A stretch of 64,000 bases of DNA from Vermamoeba vermiformis (GCA_045837725.1 JBEWZL010000270.1:1-64000); one strand, 5' to 3'. Shown: positions 10,208 to 22,292, counted from the first letter of the stretch. The notes: generated by a model not told the origin, from the sequence alone. A program made the numbers and translations.

Positions 10208-12569
10208 TTACAAACTAAAATTGCTAAAATGTTCCGCCAAAACTTCGTCAATGGTTTCCTCGTCTTGAGCCGAGATTACTGAGTCGGGAATGGGTATGTC
10301 TTGGCGCTGGCTCTCAGTGAGCTTGTTATCGGGCGGTATTATGGCAGGGTAGAAGAAGGGACCGTAGGTCGTGGCCAATTCAAAATCTGAGCTGACCATG
10401 TAGTATTTCCCATGAACTTGAGCACCCACTTGAGAACTCCATTCGATGGAAAACAATGCGGGGGGATAGATTAGCTGAGGAACTAGAGCACGAGGATGAA
10501 AGCGGAACCTACATAAATAAATTAGCGTTGACTTTAACAAAACTGCGGAGGAAGACTTACGGACGATGTTGCAGTATGTGTCGCATAATACTAAGCGTAT
10601 TAATCAAGTTACGGCCACCAATGTATAATTTCGGGCCTGTAACTTTAAGATCTACGCAGCGAGGATCTACCTCTTCGTGAAACTCGAGTGGGGAGACAAA
10701 GATATTAACCAGGCAAAGATGACGAAGCTGGAGTTGATTCAAATCGCGCAAGTCGATGTAGACGCCAGGGCAGTGTGATTCCAGTTCCAAAAGTAGAAAT
10801 TCCGGAGGAAAAGTGACACCTGTCAGAGAGATCTCCCAGGAAGCCGTTTTCGACGAATCTTCGTTTGCGATGGGCAATCGAACTCACAGGACACAACTTC
10901 GCCACTAGCTCTGAATCTACGTCTTCGAAATACAGCACTCGCTGGCAAAGTATGCTGATTTTGGTATTAGTTCGGTTTAGATAATACTAAAATACTTACA
11001 ATTTAACAGCAGCCGCGGTCATGGACGCTCCAGTTGGGGCCAGGTTGACGCATCTCAGGTACAGCTCACGGCACACGGTCTGGTCGACCAAATTGATTGT
11101 ACCAAATTCAGAGAGGTTCACCGTGCAATCCTCCACCTTTAGACGGCTGTGCCTCTCTCCGCGGATATCTTCAAAGACAGCCGGAGGACCAACAATGGTA
11201 AGTCCCGTGCTGCGAGGTACGCGGACCTTAGCAGTAGGAGCTGAAGAAAAATGTTACCGTTGAGTTAATTTTGACAGTTTGTGACTTACTGATTCGTATT
11301 GCTTCGGCAATCGGATGCTTGGCAGGGTTTGTAACAACCGCAGTAGTATTTGTAGCAATGATCGGATCTGGAGTTGGAGGACGGAAAGGCGAACTCTAAA
11401 ACGAATCAATTAAACGATTATTAAGTGTATTATACGTTTTTACTCACGGGCATTTCATTGTTAAAGTCTGGACTGCGTACAGGGCTTTGAGACGGCTCAG
11501 GGTTGTCGTTTGACTCGAGTAAGAACAAGTCAACGCTCCCTGTAGGACTGTTGCCTCCAATTTCTAGTTCAGAGACGGCTTCGGGGGCGGCTTCGGGGAC
11601 GGCTTCGATACGCCTCTTCTTGGTGTTAGTGGGCGGAAGTTCTTCTCCTCTCCGCTTGTAGTGTCCAAATACACCAGGGCGTGAATTGAACTCAGGCAGA
11701 TGAAACCACTCGTAGCCTACTCCTGTACAGCCCGGAATAAAGCCAATCTCTACAAATTTGAATTGATTGGGTACAGTTGTTGTTGTTGTAGAACTCTGAG
11801 CACCTAAGTTACGAACTATTAGTGACCGTTACAAATGGATCCGAATTTGACTTACCGTTTGCGGGCTTTGTATCGTAGGAAGTGTACTGCGAGAACAATG
11901 GCACGGCCATACTGACATTCAGCAGAGCCAATGAATGTCAGAAGCGCACGCAAAGCTGTGAGGGACGACCAGTGTTTCAGGTTGTAGCGCATCGCTCTCC
12001 AAAGTTTTGCGTGTTCTTCGTGAATTCGGTCGTTTTCTTCTTTGACATTGTTCGCGATATTCTTCGTTACGTTCCACATGCAGATTTCTCGTTGAGCAAG
12101 TTCCAGAAACACTGGAAAACCTTGCATGAACTCGGAAAATTCTTGCCATGTCGGATTTGCGCCAATAGCAATTCCAAGTGTATCGGCGAGTGTTTGGCGG
12201 TAAGTCTTGTACCACGTTGGATAGACGGGAGTGCGGTCTGGGAGCGAGGGCAGCATTCCATGAAAATCAAACAGGACGTAGAAAAAGACGAAATCTGCTC
12301 TGCGGCCAAACGTGCCAAAGTACTGCAGGCTGTCGTGCAACTTGGTGACGTAGGCTTCCATACTTCCGCCTGGTGCCAAACGGTTGCGAGCAAGGACGAA
12401 GAATGTCACGTAAGTTCTGATAGAATCCAAGGTCGATGTCTTGGACTTGTTCTATAAAAAGCATTAGCACTGTAAAAATACTAATAAAATAAAATACGAT
12501 ATATAAAAACTTGTTTTTAATTATTTGTGTCACTAAACTAAGGTTGAAATTTTAAATAATATTTACCAT
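10208..12569 (-). CDS. Multi-exon hypothetical protein (possibly two genes)
   Basis: ATG at 12569-12567, phase-0 intron 12566-12452, in frame with ORF 11852-12430. Further exons with canonical splice sites at about 11448-11803, 11290-11395, 11000-11241 and 10208-10956. I could not reconcile the phase at the 11856/11803 junction. No recognisable domain. Confidence 0.5.
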
Positions 12570-12849
12570 TCTGATCGAATCTAAATTTGTCTTGTAATAT
12601 TCCGTTTTACTAACGGAATTTATAGGCGATGATTCGATATATAGACATAAAATTAAGCCTCTTTTGGAGGCTTAGCAGATAATTTAGATGCGCCGATTTT
12701 TGATCGACGATCTAAACTTTAAATTGCAATAGAATCTGTTGGATTCGTATCGCAATTATATTTAACAAAACGCGCCACTTGTGGTGACACGCTATTGTTT
12801 TTAGCACGGTAAATTACCAAAAGTTTGTTTCTGTTTTTCGTGAACAACC

Positions 12850-12895
12850 CACGTGACATATCACGTGACGAATCACTTGACGTGACAGGTCACGT
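12850..12895. promoter_or_regulatory. Cluster of CACGTG/ACGTGAC (E-box-like) motifs upstream of the outermost element gene
   Basis: cacgtgac, tcacgtgac, tcacttgac, acgtgac and gtcacgt within 46 bp, ~300 bp upstream of ATG 12569. Confidence 0.4.
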
Positions 12896-13246
12896 TGTTC
12901 GTGCCGGCTTGGTATTATTTATTCACGAATAACGAAAGCAACACGACTTGGCGCTAATAGTAAGTGTAATTTTAATTTTTTATTTATTTTTGAATCCGGA
13001 TACAAATTGGTTCCAATCATTTACAATTCGCGGCGGTTTGCATTGAGCTTAAATTTAATTTATGTTTATTTATTAATGCTAATCTTGTATTTTAGAACCG
13101 ATCAACGATTTAACAACATTCGCTCCTAATTTGATAAAATTGGTAAGTGCTGGTTTTATTAGTTAGATTAATACAATAATTTATTAACATTTACTGTTGC
13201 AGATAACCTTTGCATCGCGTCGCTACGTTGCCTTGTTTTTTTCGCG

Positions 13247-13620
13247 AGATCGCGACCCCCTATGGACTTCGTTTGTGTTTTTTGAGATCGTCTCCACGTG
13301 GAGACGACCCCTTTGGACTTTGTTTTTTTGCGAGATCGTCTCCGCGTGGAGACGACCCTTGTGGACTTTAATTTTTTTAGGTAGATCGTCTCCACGTGGA
13401 GACGACCCCTTTGGACTTTGTTTTTTTTGAGATCGTCTCCGCGTGGAGACGACCCCTTTGGACTTGGTATTTTTGCGAGATCGTCTCCACGCGGAGACGA
13501 CCCTTGCGGACTTCGGTTTTTTTTTTGGGTAGATCGTCTCCGCGTGGAGACGACCCCTTTGGACTTTGTTTTTTTTTGAGATCGTCTCCGCGTGGAGACG
13601 ACCCCTAAGGACTTTGATTT
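13247..13620. repeat. Tandem array of seven ~48-bp units, each with a 20-bp palindrome TCGTCTCCRCGYGGAGACGA
   Basis: Units (agatcgtctcc...) start at 13285, 13333, 13383, 13430, 13478, 13531 and 13579; spacing 48, 50, 47, 48, 53, 48. Each continues ccc(c)ttyggactt plus a T-tract. A degenerate eighth unit is at 13247. Confidence 0.95.
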
Positions 13621-13688
13621 TTCATAAGACTGTCCAGACTTAGTTTTTTCAAATTCTCCAACTTACGCTGGTGGGTCAGTTTTTCTAC

Positions 13689-13764
13689 AGTAAAAATTTC
13701 CTTTAGTAAAATTTTCCTAAGTAAAAATTTTCCTAAGTAAAAAAATCACTAAGCAAAATTCCTT
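13689..13764. repeat. Five tandem 15-16-bp AT-rich repeats (AGTAAAAATTTTCCTA)
   Basis: Units at about 13689, 13705, 13720, 13736 and 13752. Confidence 0.8.
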
Positions 13765-14207
13765 CCAAATCTCTATTTATTGTCAGGTTCTGCAGGGCTA
13801 GCCCTATATGGCCAAGCCCTTTTACATATATGAATCCATGCCAAAATCATTGGTGAATTGGCTACAACTTTAAACATACAAATTGATAAACCCATTTTTA
13901 TTTGGATAGCCCCATTGTTTATTATCTAATTATAATTGTTTTTCTGGGGGGTTGTAGAACAATTTTACAATATTCATTATGTTCAAGTGAAAAAAATAGC
14001 TAAGTCCAAGGTGTGTGCAAGATCCACTGGCCTTCAAACTTCTGCGAGCATCCTATTGACCAAATATTCATTATATTTTGATATTAATACTATATGTGAG
14101 GCAAGGACGATTTAGTTTTTCCAGGGCCACATGCAATCCAAACTACAGAAAAGAAGAAGCGAAACAATAGGCCATTGATTCAAAAGTACAAAATATTTAT
14201 TGTAATA

Positions 14208-16288
14208 TCAACTGGTTTCAGCTAAGAAATCTGTTTCTACATGCAGGGTTGGTATTGACTTCTTGATAATTCTGAAGAAAAATTTGTGAGCGGTTGTGAT
14301 TGATTAGATATTCTTAGCCCTACCTAAATCCTTTTTTGCTAATTTTAGTGTTGCTTATTTGTATTAATTTCAGACTTGGCAAAGCCTTTAGCAGTGGCTC
14401 CACTCCTTTGCGCGATACTCTAGTGAAGTCAAGTCCAAGGTACTTGAGGTTGTTGAGGCTGCTCAGTGCTAGAATGCCCTCATTACGTATTTTAGCACAC
14501 CAGCCAAGATCTAAGTGCTTCAAGTTGGGCAATGCTTTCGCGAGCAATTCTACGGCTCTGTTGCTGATATCTGTGCCTGCCAAGTACAGGTTCTCCAGCG
14601 TCGTTAGGTTGGATGTCTGGTGACGGGTTAGTCTTTTACTCGTCGATTGTGCAACAATTCTACAATGCTTACCGGATACTCGATGAACACCGTTTTGTTC
14701 TTGTCATCCTTGCGTTTGACCTGACCGCCACAGATGATCGCTATGGCGCCATCCGAGATATCTGTGAAGCTCAGCGATAAAGATTTTAATTGCGGCAGCT
14801 TTGAAATGATGAGCACTGCCTCGTCGTCAACGTCGTAACACGACGACAGATCGAGTGAAGTGAGTGTGGTTAATGCCGCTACTGGCGGTAGTATTCTATC
14901 GCTCATCTGCGAGCAGCCGGACAAATTGAGCGAGGTGATCTTGGGCAGGTGACAGATGGTCTTCATGCCAGTCTCACCGATGCGGCTCGATCTAAAAAGT
15001 GTTAATTATACACAATAATAATGACGCGAATACTACGTACTTGGCTAAATCCAGCTCTAGCAAGTTCTCTAGTCTCGGAACGTACTTGAGACCCGTGCTC
15101 GGTACGTTAGAAAGATTGCCCATCTTCAGCGTCGTCAATTGTGAACCTCTGCTCGGGCTGTTAGTTCACGTTGTAGTGGCGAGCCAATCAAACTTACATA
15201 TTTTTGACGATGTGCTTCAAACTCTTTTCACTCAACGACACCGAGTTTGAAATATCCAATGAATTGAGGGCGGTGAATTTTTGAACCAAATTCTGCCAAT
15301 TAATTGAATTAATTGGATTGCTCATCGTTAATTACTTTTCAATCTTACCTTAACACCTCGGTCCGTTATATTTGTATAATCGCCACTCACGTCCATGTGC
15401 GTCAATTTATAAAACTCGGGATGGAATGCCTCGGAAACCTTGCGCCACTTTTTGCACACTAATGGAAAGAACGTCAGCCACCCACCCTTTCGCTTCATAT
15501 TTAAGATGTGCTTACCAAAGGTGGCTCGGAAGACCTCAACTACATCGAGCAATTTAAATACTTTCGCGCACAGTTCTTCGGGCAATTTGGCTAATTCGCC
15601 TTCGGGAATGGGCGGATTTTCTGTTCGATTACATGCCGTTAACTACGTGTCGTGAAATTATTTACGACGTACCTTCTTTTTTCTTGTCATCCTTGCGACT
15701 ATCTTGCTTGAAGTCTGAATTCTTTTTGAACGGACTTGGTTCTTTGATCGCATCGCCATTCGTGCCGTTAGTGCTCGGCGCAGTAGTTGTCGTGCCCGTG
15801 GTCTTAGTAGTGCCATTCGTGTCCGTCTTCTTTGATACGTCTGAGGCCGCCGAGGACTCGTCTTTACCTAACGAATGCCTTGTTAGTAACCGCATTACGG
15901 ATTATTAATAATAACACTGTCATACGTTTACAAATGAACAGTTAATTGTAATTAAGCTAAATACCTTTCTCGGACTTCGATGCTTCACTTGCGTTAGTCT
16001 TCGTGCCAGTGGATGCTTCGCGCGAATGATTTCTACTGTCCTCAGATCGGGCGCTCGCATCTCGATCTGAGGTTTTCTTGTCACTCGACTGGGATTTATT
16101 GTCCGAATTTTTATCGCCAGTATTTTTAGGTGTGTCTCCATTGGTATGTTTGCCGGTTCCGTTGGGTTCCTCTGAGCTTTTATCTTTTTTCTTATCTTTC
16201 TTCTTTCGGCCTAAGCCTAAAAATCCCTTTTTTTCTTTTTCCTTTTTATCCTTCTTATCCTTGTCCTTTGACTTGTCTTTATGATTGC
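14208..16288 (-). CDS. F-box/LRR (FBXL-type) protein with a Lys-rich low-complexity N-terminus
   Basis: F-box LPEELCAKVFKLLDVVEVFRAT..VCKKWRKV; AMN1-type LRRs (LNLSGCSQMSD, LDLSSCYDVDD, LDLGWCAKIRN); TGA at 14210-14208. Start codon uncertain. Confidence 0.85.
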
Positions 16289-16939
16289 TAAAATAATTGT
16301 TAATCGTTAGAATAATACCGTCTTTAGGCTAAAATTTTTCGCGTTATCGGAAATTGGAAAAATCGTGCATAAGTATGACATATTTGTAGGCACTATTTTA
16401 TTTATATAGTATTGCAAAATTGTAATCGAGAGTATTTACGTTAGAGATGTAATTCAAATTTACGTTGTGAAATTTTTCGAGTTTCCTAAATTATTAAATA
16501 AGATCCCGCTATTGATTATATTGCGAACTTAATATACAAAATAATTCAAGCAGGCTCAGATTTAATTTTGCCGCAAAAAAAATATCGATCAGATTAGAAT
16601 TTCAGAACGTAGCGCGTAAAACTGTAGAATAATGCCAACAAATTACTTTCAAAATATTGCAAGAAACTTACCTATCTCCCATTTGTAATTTCTACAATCC
16701 GACCAGCACTAGATTCAGACTTGGTTTTTGCGATAACAAATAAATAGCAGTAATAAGTTAAATAAATAAACGGCCTAGCTTTGTGTTATTCAAAGCATTT
16801 AAATGGCACAAAGTCTTTGCTATCGATATTTTGCGACTTCGACGAAAAGTGAATTTGGACCAAACAGTAATTGTTCTTGGACCAAAAAGGTCTTTCGTCG
16901 CAATATTTACTATTACTACTTTACGAGTACAAAAGCATA

Positions 16940-18481
16940 TTATTTCTTGGCTTGAGCCTTCTTGTTGCCAGGTGCAGGCCCCTTAGCGGATGCACCGCGG
17001 CCAGCAGAAGCTTGTCGCTTAGTGCCTGCAGGTGACTTGTTGCTCACTAAGAAGTCCATAATATTCACGTTGTTGCTCTCGTTGCGACGTCCTGATCTGT
17101 ACTCGCGGTCGTCATCGTCAAAGGCATAATTGTCAGTGAAATTAACTTCTCGTTCGCGGCGCGGCTGAGCATTGCGGTGTTGCTTTTCAGGAGCACCAGA
17201 CACGAACTTTTTGATCACTTTCATTGCATCGTTGATGGCGTCGATCGAACCCTCGATCTTGATCTTGACTTCTTTGTCGCTGCCCACCTATGCCAAGTAT
17301 TAATAAACATGCAATGATTGGTATCAATTGCGTTAATTACATCATCAGCATCAGGGAGGATAATATTGACAGATCTGCCTGTTTGAGCCTGTGTTATTCA
17401 ACGGTTAGTTTCATAACTCTATAACTAACAAGCATATGAACTCATCGCGCACTCTGATGCTCTCGACACTTACGTAAATCTTTTTGAGTGCAGGGGACTG
17501 ACGCTGTGCGAGTTGACGATATTTGTCGACGGGAATGCTCATCTTGACCACGGTGTCGAAGGTGTTGTTGCTGCTGTTGTTATTCGCACCACCACGTCCA
17601 CTGTTGTTGCTCGTGCTCTCACCGTCATTGGCATTCAACTTCATGTTGGTCTCGATCATCTTCTCAATGCGTTCCTTGGCGGCTTCGATGTTTTTCTTGC
17701 GACCGACCAACTTGATTGTTTCACTGTTCTCGCGCTCATTAGGCACAACGACATCGACACCTGAGTTGTATAAGCGTTGGTCATAATACTCGATATAATT
17801 GCAACACATCAGACTTGTCGTCGAGCGAATGTAAACTTACCAGTCGTCAAACGGATCTCCTCTCTAGCCTTTCCTTTCTTGCCAATCAAAACACCATGAC
17901 GAGCCTTGGGGACTTGGATGGTCTCCGTAGTGCCAACTTTCTCTGTAATCTCGAGGTAAACAAAAAAGCGAATCTGAGTTTTATACGGATGGCTTACCGA
18001 TCAAGAAATGATGCAATTCGGCGTGCTCACGTGCCAAATCATCGGGGAAATAGCCAGAAAGGTTTTTAATCTCCAATTCGGCTTTCTTTTGGAAAATTAA
18101 GAAAAATGCGTTGGAAAAATATTTAAAATTCCTTACGTGCTCCAATAGAAAGTTTACAACGGCCTTAGAGCCACTGAGAACTGCCTTATGCAAAGGTGTT
18201 GAACCAGCCTGAAATAAAAAATAAATAAAGCGAATCTAATATTTGTTCTAAATTATTGAAATAATACTCACATCGTTTTGGATGTTTACATCAGCACCTT
18301 GCGAAATTAAAAATCTAACTAATAATAAATTGCCTTTCAAGCACGCATAATGCAATGCAGTGTCACCAAACGGATCCTTCTCGTTTACTAGATGTTCGAT
18401 GCTCACAGACTCTGGCTTGTTAGCAAGCGCAGTTTTGACTTCATTAAATAATCCTAAGCAAGCCGATTCGACGATGGCCAT
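16940..18481 (-). CDS. Ankyrin-repeat + KH-domain protein
   Basis: GDTALHYACLKGN and GSTPLHKAVLSGS ankyrin repeats; spliced KH (IQVPKARHGVLIGKKGKAREEI...IKLVGRKKNIEAAKERI); a second KH lacking GxxG. Confidence 0.8.
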
Positions 18482-18882
18482 TGTTGTTTGTAATGTGGCG
18501 GTGGAAAATAATAAAAAGAGATATTTGTCTATCTTTACACTTCTCCATCTTCCGGCAAGGTGACACTACACCTCACAACCACAATCAAGATAAGCAACTT
18601 AGTATCAACTAAATAGCAGTCGACAGAAATGACGCATAATTGCAACAGCAGTGAGAAGGTAGGTTTATCGGATTTTTTTGCCTTGTTGTTTTTAAATATG
18701 ATATTATGAAATATTATTCATATTAACCCTTTCCTTTCCTCCGTTGCAACGTCTCTAAAAATACCTTTATCCGAATCCAATTTTTAAAATTGGGGCACCA
18801 ACCCCACAAGCCTTGTGCACCCCCCAAATATAATTATTTTGTTAGCGCCAGAAATGTCATTTTAATTCATAAATTAACAACG

Positions 18883-21800
18883 ATGAGCAGATACGTTAGC
18901 ATTGTTATTTGTTTTTGCATCCTTTTGGATCTGTCGTTGTCTCAAACACCAAGTAATTGCAACCCAACGTGCCAACTGTGACATACTAATTGATTGAATA
19001 GGCTTCCTAAGTAATGATTGGGGCTTCATTGGAGGACAGACGGGCAAGACAACGATTGGCAATTACGGCCAACGCAACAAAACCTCCCTGAGCAGCGTGC
19101 CTGGCAGCAGAATTTACGGCTCTGCGTGGATAGATGAGAACGAGAACTATTGGATGTATGGAGGATACGGGTATCCTGATAACATGACGAGTAAGCACGA
19201 TAACTTGGCGTCGTTAGTTGCTAACTTTTTTCAGTTGGTAATCTTGGGGACGTGTGGATGTATGACTTGCAAAAGTCACCGCCAGTGTGGACGTGGAAGA
19301 GCGGCACCAAACTCATCAGCGACGTGCCGGCATTGCCTGTCGCCCCAACAACGAGCGTGAACATTTACCCTCCTGGACGTGAACGCGCTTGCTTCTGGCA
19401 CGACAAAACCAATCAAGTGGTGTACATATTTGGAGGTCAAATAGCAACGGACGGTCGTAAGTAACGATAATACGAGCTGCTTGACATGTCGCGTGACACT
19501 TTGATTTCAGATTTCACAAATGACTTTTGGAAGTTCGATTACCACACTTTGGAATGGACTTTCCTTGGCGGCACTTATTCGACGCAAGTTGAAACAGCTA
19601 CGTGGCCCTCTTCTCGTTTTTCAGGCGCTACATGGGTCACCGAGAACACTTTGTGGTTGTTTGGCGGTTGGGGCGTGAACCCTGACACTTCATCGAGTAC
19701 GTTTAAGAGCTGCAAGGACTTATTCAGCCTCGTACTAATGCGTGACAGGCATGAAGAACGATCTCTGGTCATATTCACTCACGACCAACACGTGGTCAAA
19801 AGTGAACGCTGCCAATCCTCCGCAAGCACGATTCACCGCTGAAACTTTCGTCGACCCCCGTGACGGCTACATGTACTTGTTTGGCGGTGGTGTTGACTCT
19901 AGCTCATATTGCAGAGATATACAACGCTTCAATCAAACAACGGTGTCGTGGGAGAATTTGAACACTGGCGGATGTGGGTATTCGCCGCCAACTTACGGCA
20001 CGCGAGGTCAATTTGCTTCCACAAACATCCCTGGAGCACGCATGGCTGGCGCGATGTTCTACTACGCAGGATATCTGTGGCTGTTTGGAGGTCTGGGTGG
20101 ACGCGGCACACCAACCTACTACATCAGTAAGTGAGCTCTACGATTATATTTTGGCCTAACTCTTCTTTCAGCTCCTTTGGAAGATGTGTGGGCCTTCGAT
20201 TTCAACATCAAGCAATGGGTGTGGGTCAGCGGAAACGACACCAACACCTTGGCAGTCGAGACCGTGTACACTGCCATGGGCGAATACACTTTTGACCCAT
20301 CGCTCGGTGGTCGTGAAGGCATGGCAGTGGCAACCAGTGACAGAAATATCTTTGCATTCGGCGGTGGGCGTCAACATCCGCTCCTCACGTACATGTACGG
20401 TGACTTGTGGCACGGCAGAATCTATCGTGACGAATGTTCTTTGGGCGTCGATGATTGCAGTGACTTGGCAACGTGCACGGATCAAGACTCTGGGTACATG
20501 TGCCAATGCATCATTGGTTACACGGGCACTGGTCACGGCGCGAATGGTTGTCAAGGTGAGTAGCGAATGCAGTCATTTCTTTGATTGACTGACGTTTCTA
20601 ATAAATAATGCAGACGCGAACGAATGCACCAATGGCAGCAACAATTGCAATGCCAATGCTTCGTGCTCAAACACTGCTGGTAACTACACGTGTGCTTGCA
20701 ACAGTGGCTTCAGTGGCACTGGCTACGGAATTGATGGTTGTCAAGGTATGTCTTGTTGGTTGTCATAGGAACTCCATAGTCTGATTCTTTTGCAGATGTT
20801 GATGAGTGTGCACTGAACACCCACTCTTGTGTTGGCGTTGCCATTTGCAACAACACGATCGGCTCGTACTCGTGCCTGTGCCCACAGGGTTATGTCAGCG
20901 ATGGGCAAAATGGTTGCACTCGTAAGTATACTCAACTCTTTATAACGCAGGCACTAAGTGTGTTCTGTTAGTGATCGACACCAGCACTCCAGGACTCGTT
21001 CCCAACGAAGGTCCTCAACAGCCCAATTCACAAATCATTGACCCCAATGTGCCTGGAGAAGCGGGCTCAAATGTTATTGGCATCGCAGTTGGTGTCAGTA
21101 TTGGTGGTGCTGCAGCTGTAGCGGGAGTGGTCCTCGCAGTCTTTTTCGTGCGCAGAAAGAAGAAGCGCGGCGTGAAGATTGAAGATGCCATGAAGTCACT
21201 CGACAGCGAAGACGATCGATTCAACATCCCGTACAGCGAACTGGTCTTCAAGCGTGAGCTAGGAGCTGGCAGTTTCGGTAAAGTGTTTTTGGGCACTTGG
21301 CGCAAGGCAGAAGTGGCGCTTAAGTTGGCTACTTTGAGCACTTGGGAAGACTTTGCCAAAGAAGTCAAGTTGACAATGTACGTATAACCAAGCAGCTGCC
21401 GAGAATAACATCTAATTATTATATTCGTAGTTTGATGCCGCCTCATCCTAACGTGGTGCAAGTGTTCGGCATCAGTCGCAACGGACCGCATCCAGTGCTC
21501 ATTTTAGAGTACTGCGATGGTGGTAGTCTCGATAGAATGCTGTACGAGAGCAGCATTGCATTTTCAGCTGATCAAACGCTTGAAATAGTCTATGGCATGG
21601 CGAAGGGAATGTACCACCTGCACAAAAACAACATTGTGCATCGAGATCTGGCCGCGAGAAACATCTTGGTAAGTGGCCGCTCAAGGATATTATATTGTCA
21701 TATTTACTCATTTTGTTACAGTTATCAGCTGGCCGTCCTAAGATTTCTGATTTTGGCCTCGCCCGTGTGGTTGACGGACCCAGTCAATCTGGTCAAACAA

Positions 21801-22219
21801 AGTCAAACATCGGACCGCTGCGATGGATGGCAAGTTTGGATCGATTATTATAATGCATAACTTTCATCGCTAATAATGTATTTAGGCTCCTGAATCCCTG
21901 CGCACTTCCACTTACAGCCCTCAATCAGACGTGTGGTCCTTTGGCATCGTCGTTTATGAAATTGTGGCACGCGCTGAGCCTCATATTGACGAAGACCCAA
22001 TGAGCGTTGGCTACAGAATACGCGATGAAGGTCTAATTCCAACAATCCCCGCTGATTGCGATCCATTTTTGAGGGACTTGATGCTGTCGTGCTGGCAAAG
22101 CGATCCATCGCAACGACCGGTAAGCATTCACTATTGTCATGAAAGCCCTGTTAACACATTCACAGACCTTCGATCAAATATGCGAGTCGATCAAGAGCAG
22201 GCAGACCATGCGTGAATGA
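18883..22219 (+). CDS. Receptor tyrosine kinase-like protein: signal peptide, Kelch-type repeats, 3 calcium-binding EGF-like domains, TM helix, kinase
   Basis: Hydrophobic N-terminus; repeated WLFGG motifs; DECS...C, NECT...C and DECA...C EGF domains; TM helix followed by [38 protein letters not shown]. Confidence 0.92.
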
Positions 22220-22292
22220 TACTGAAGTCGTCACAGTAATAAAGCTAATACAGCTTTGGTTTTATTTTACAGTGTTAATTTTGTTACAAGGC

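Larger units (their letters stand above)
1..13805 (-). mobile_element. Candidate arm of a large DNA mobile element (other end outside the window)
   Basis: Four co-oriented minus-strand genes with no housekeeping identity, including ParB-like and Rep_trans-like candidates. Several palindromic repeat families, a tandem array at 13247-13620, short repeats at 13689-13764 and a 12-bp palindrome at 13794-13805. Ordinary host genes follow. No TIR or TSD can be tested with only one end visible. Confidence 0.5.

Noticed and set aside
13288-13307. Exact bacterial parS site
   Set aside because: Only the CACGTG core and two flanking positions match the TGTTTCACGTGAAACA consensus; kept as an analogy only.
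13168-13608. Short ORFs across the tandem array
   Set aside because: Translations of the repeat unit.
13247-13620. CRISPR array
   Set aside because: The sequences between palindromes are near-identical T-rich linkers rather than unique spacers, no cas genes are visible, and the context is eukaryotic.
1-13805. Bacterial contaminant, prophage, Helitron, Polinton or endogenous giant virus
   Set aside because: The genes carry spliceosomal introns like the host genes, and no HUH/helicase, integrase, PolB, packaging ATPase or capsid motif is visible. Such genes could still lie left of the window.
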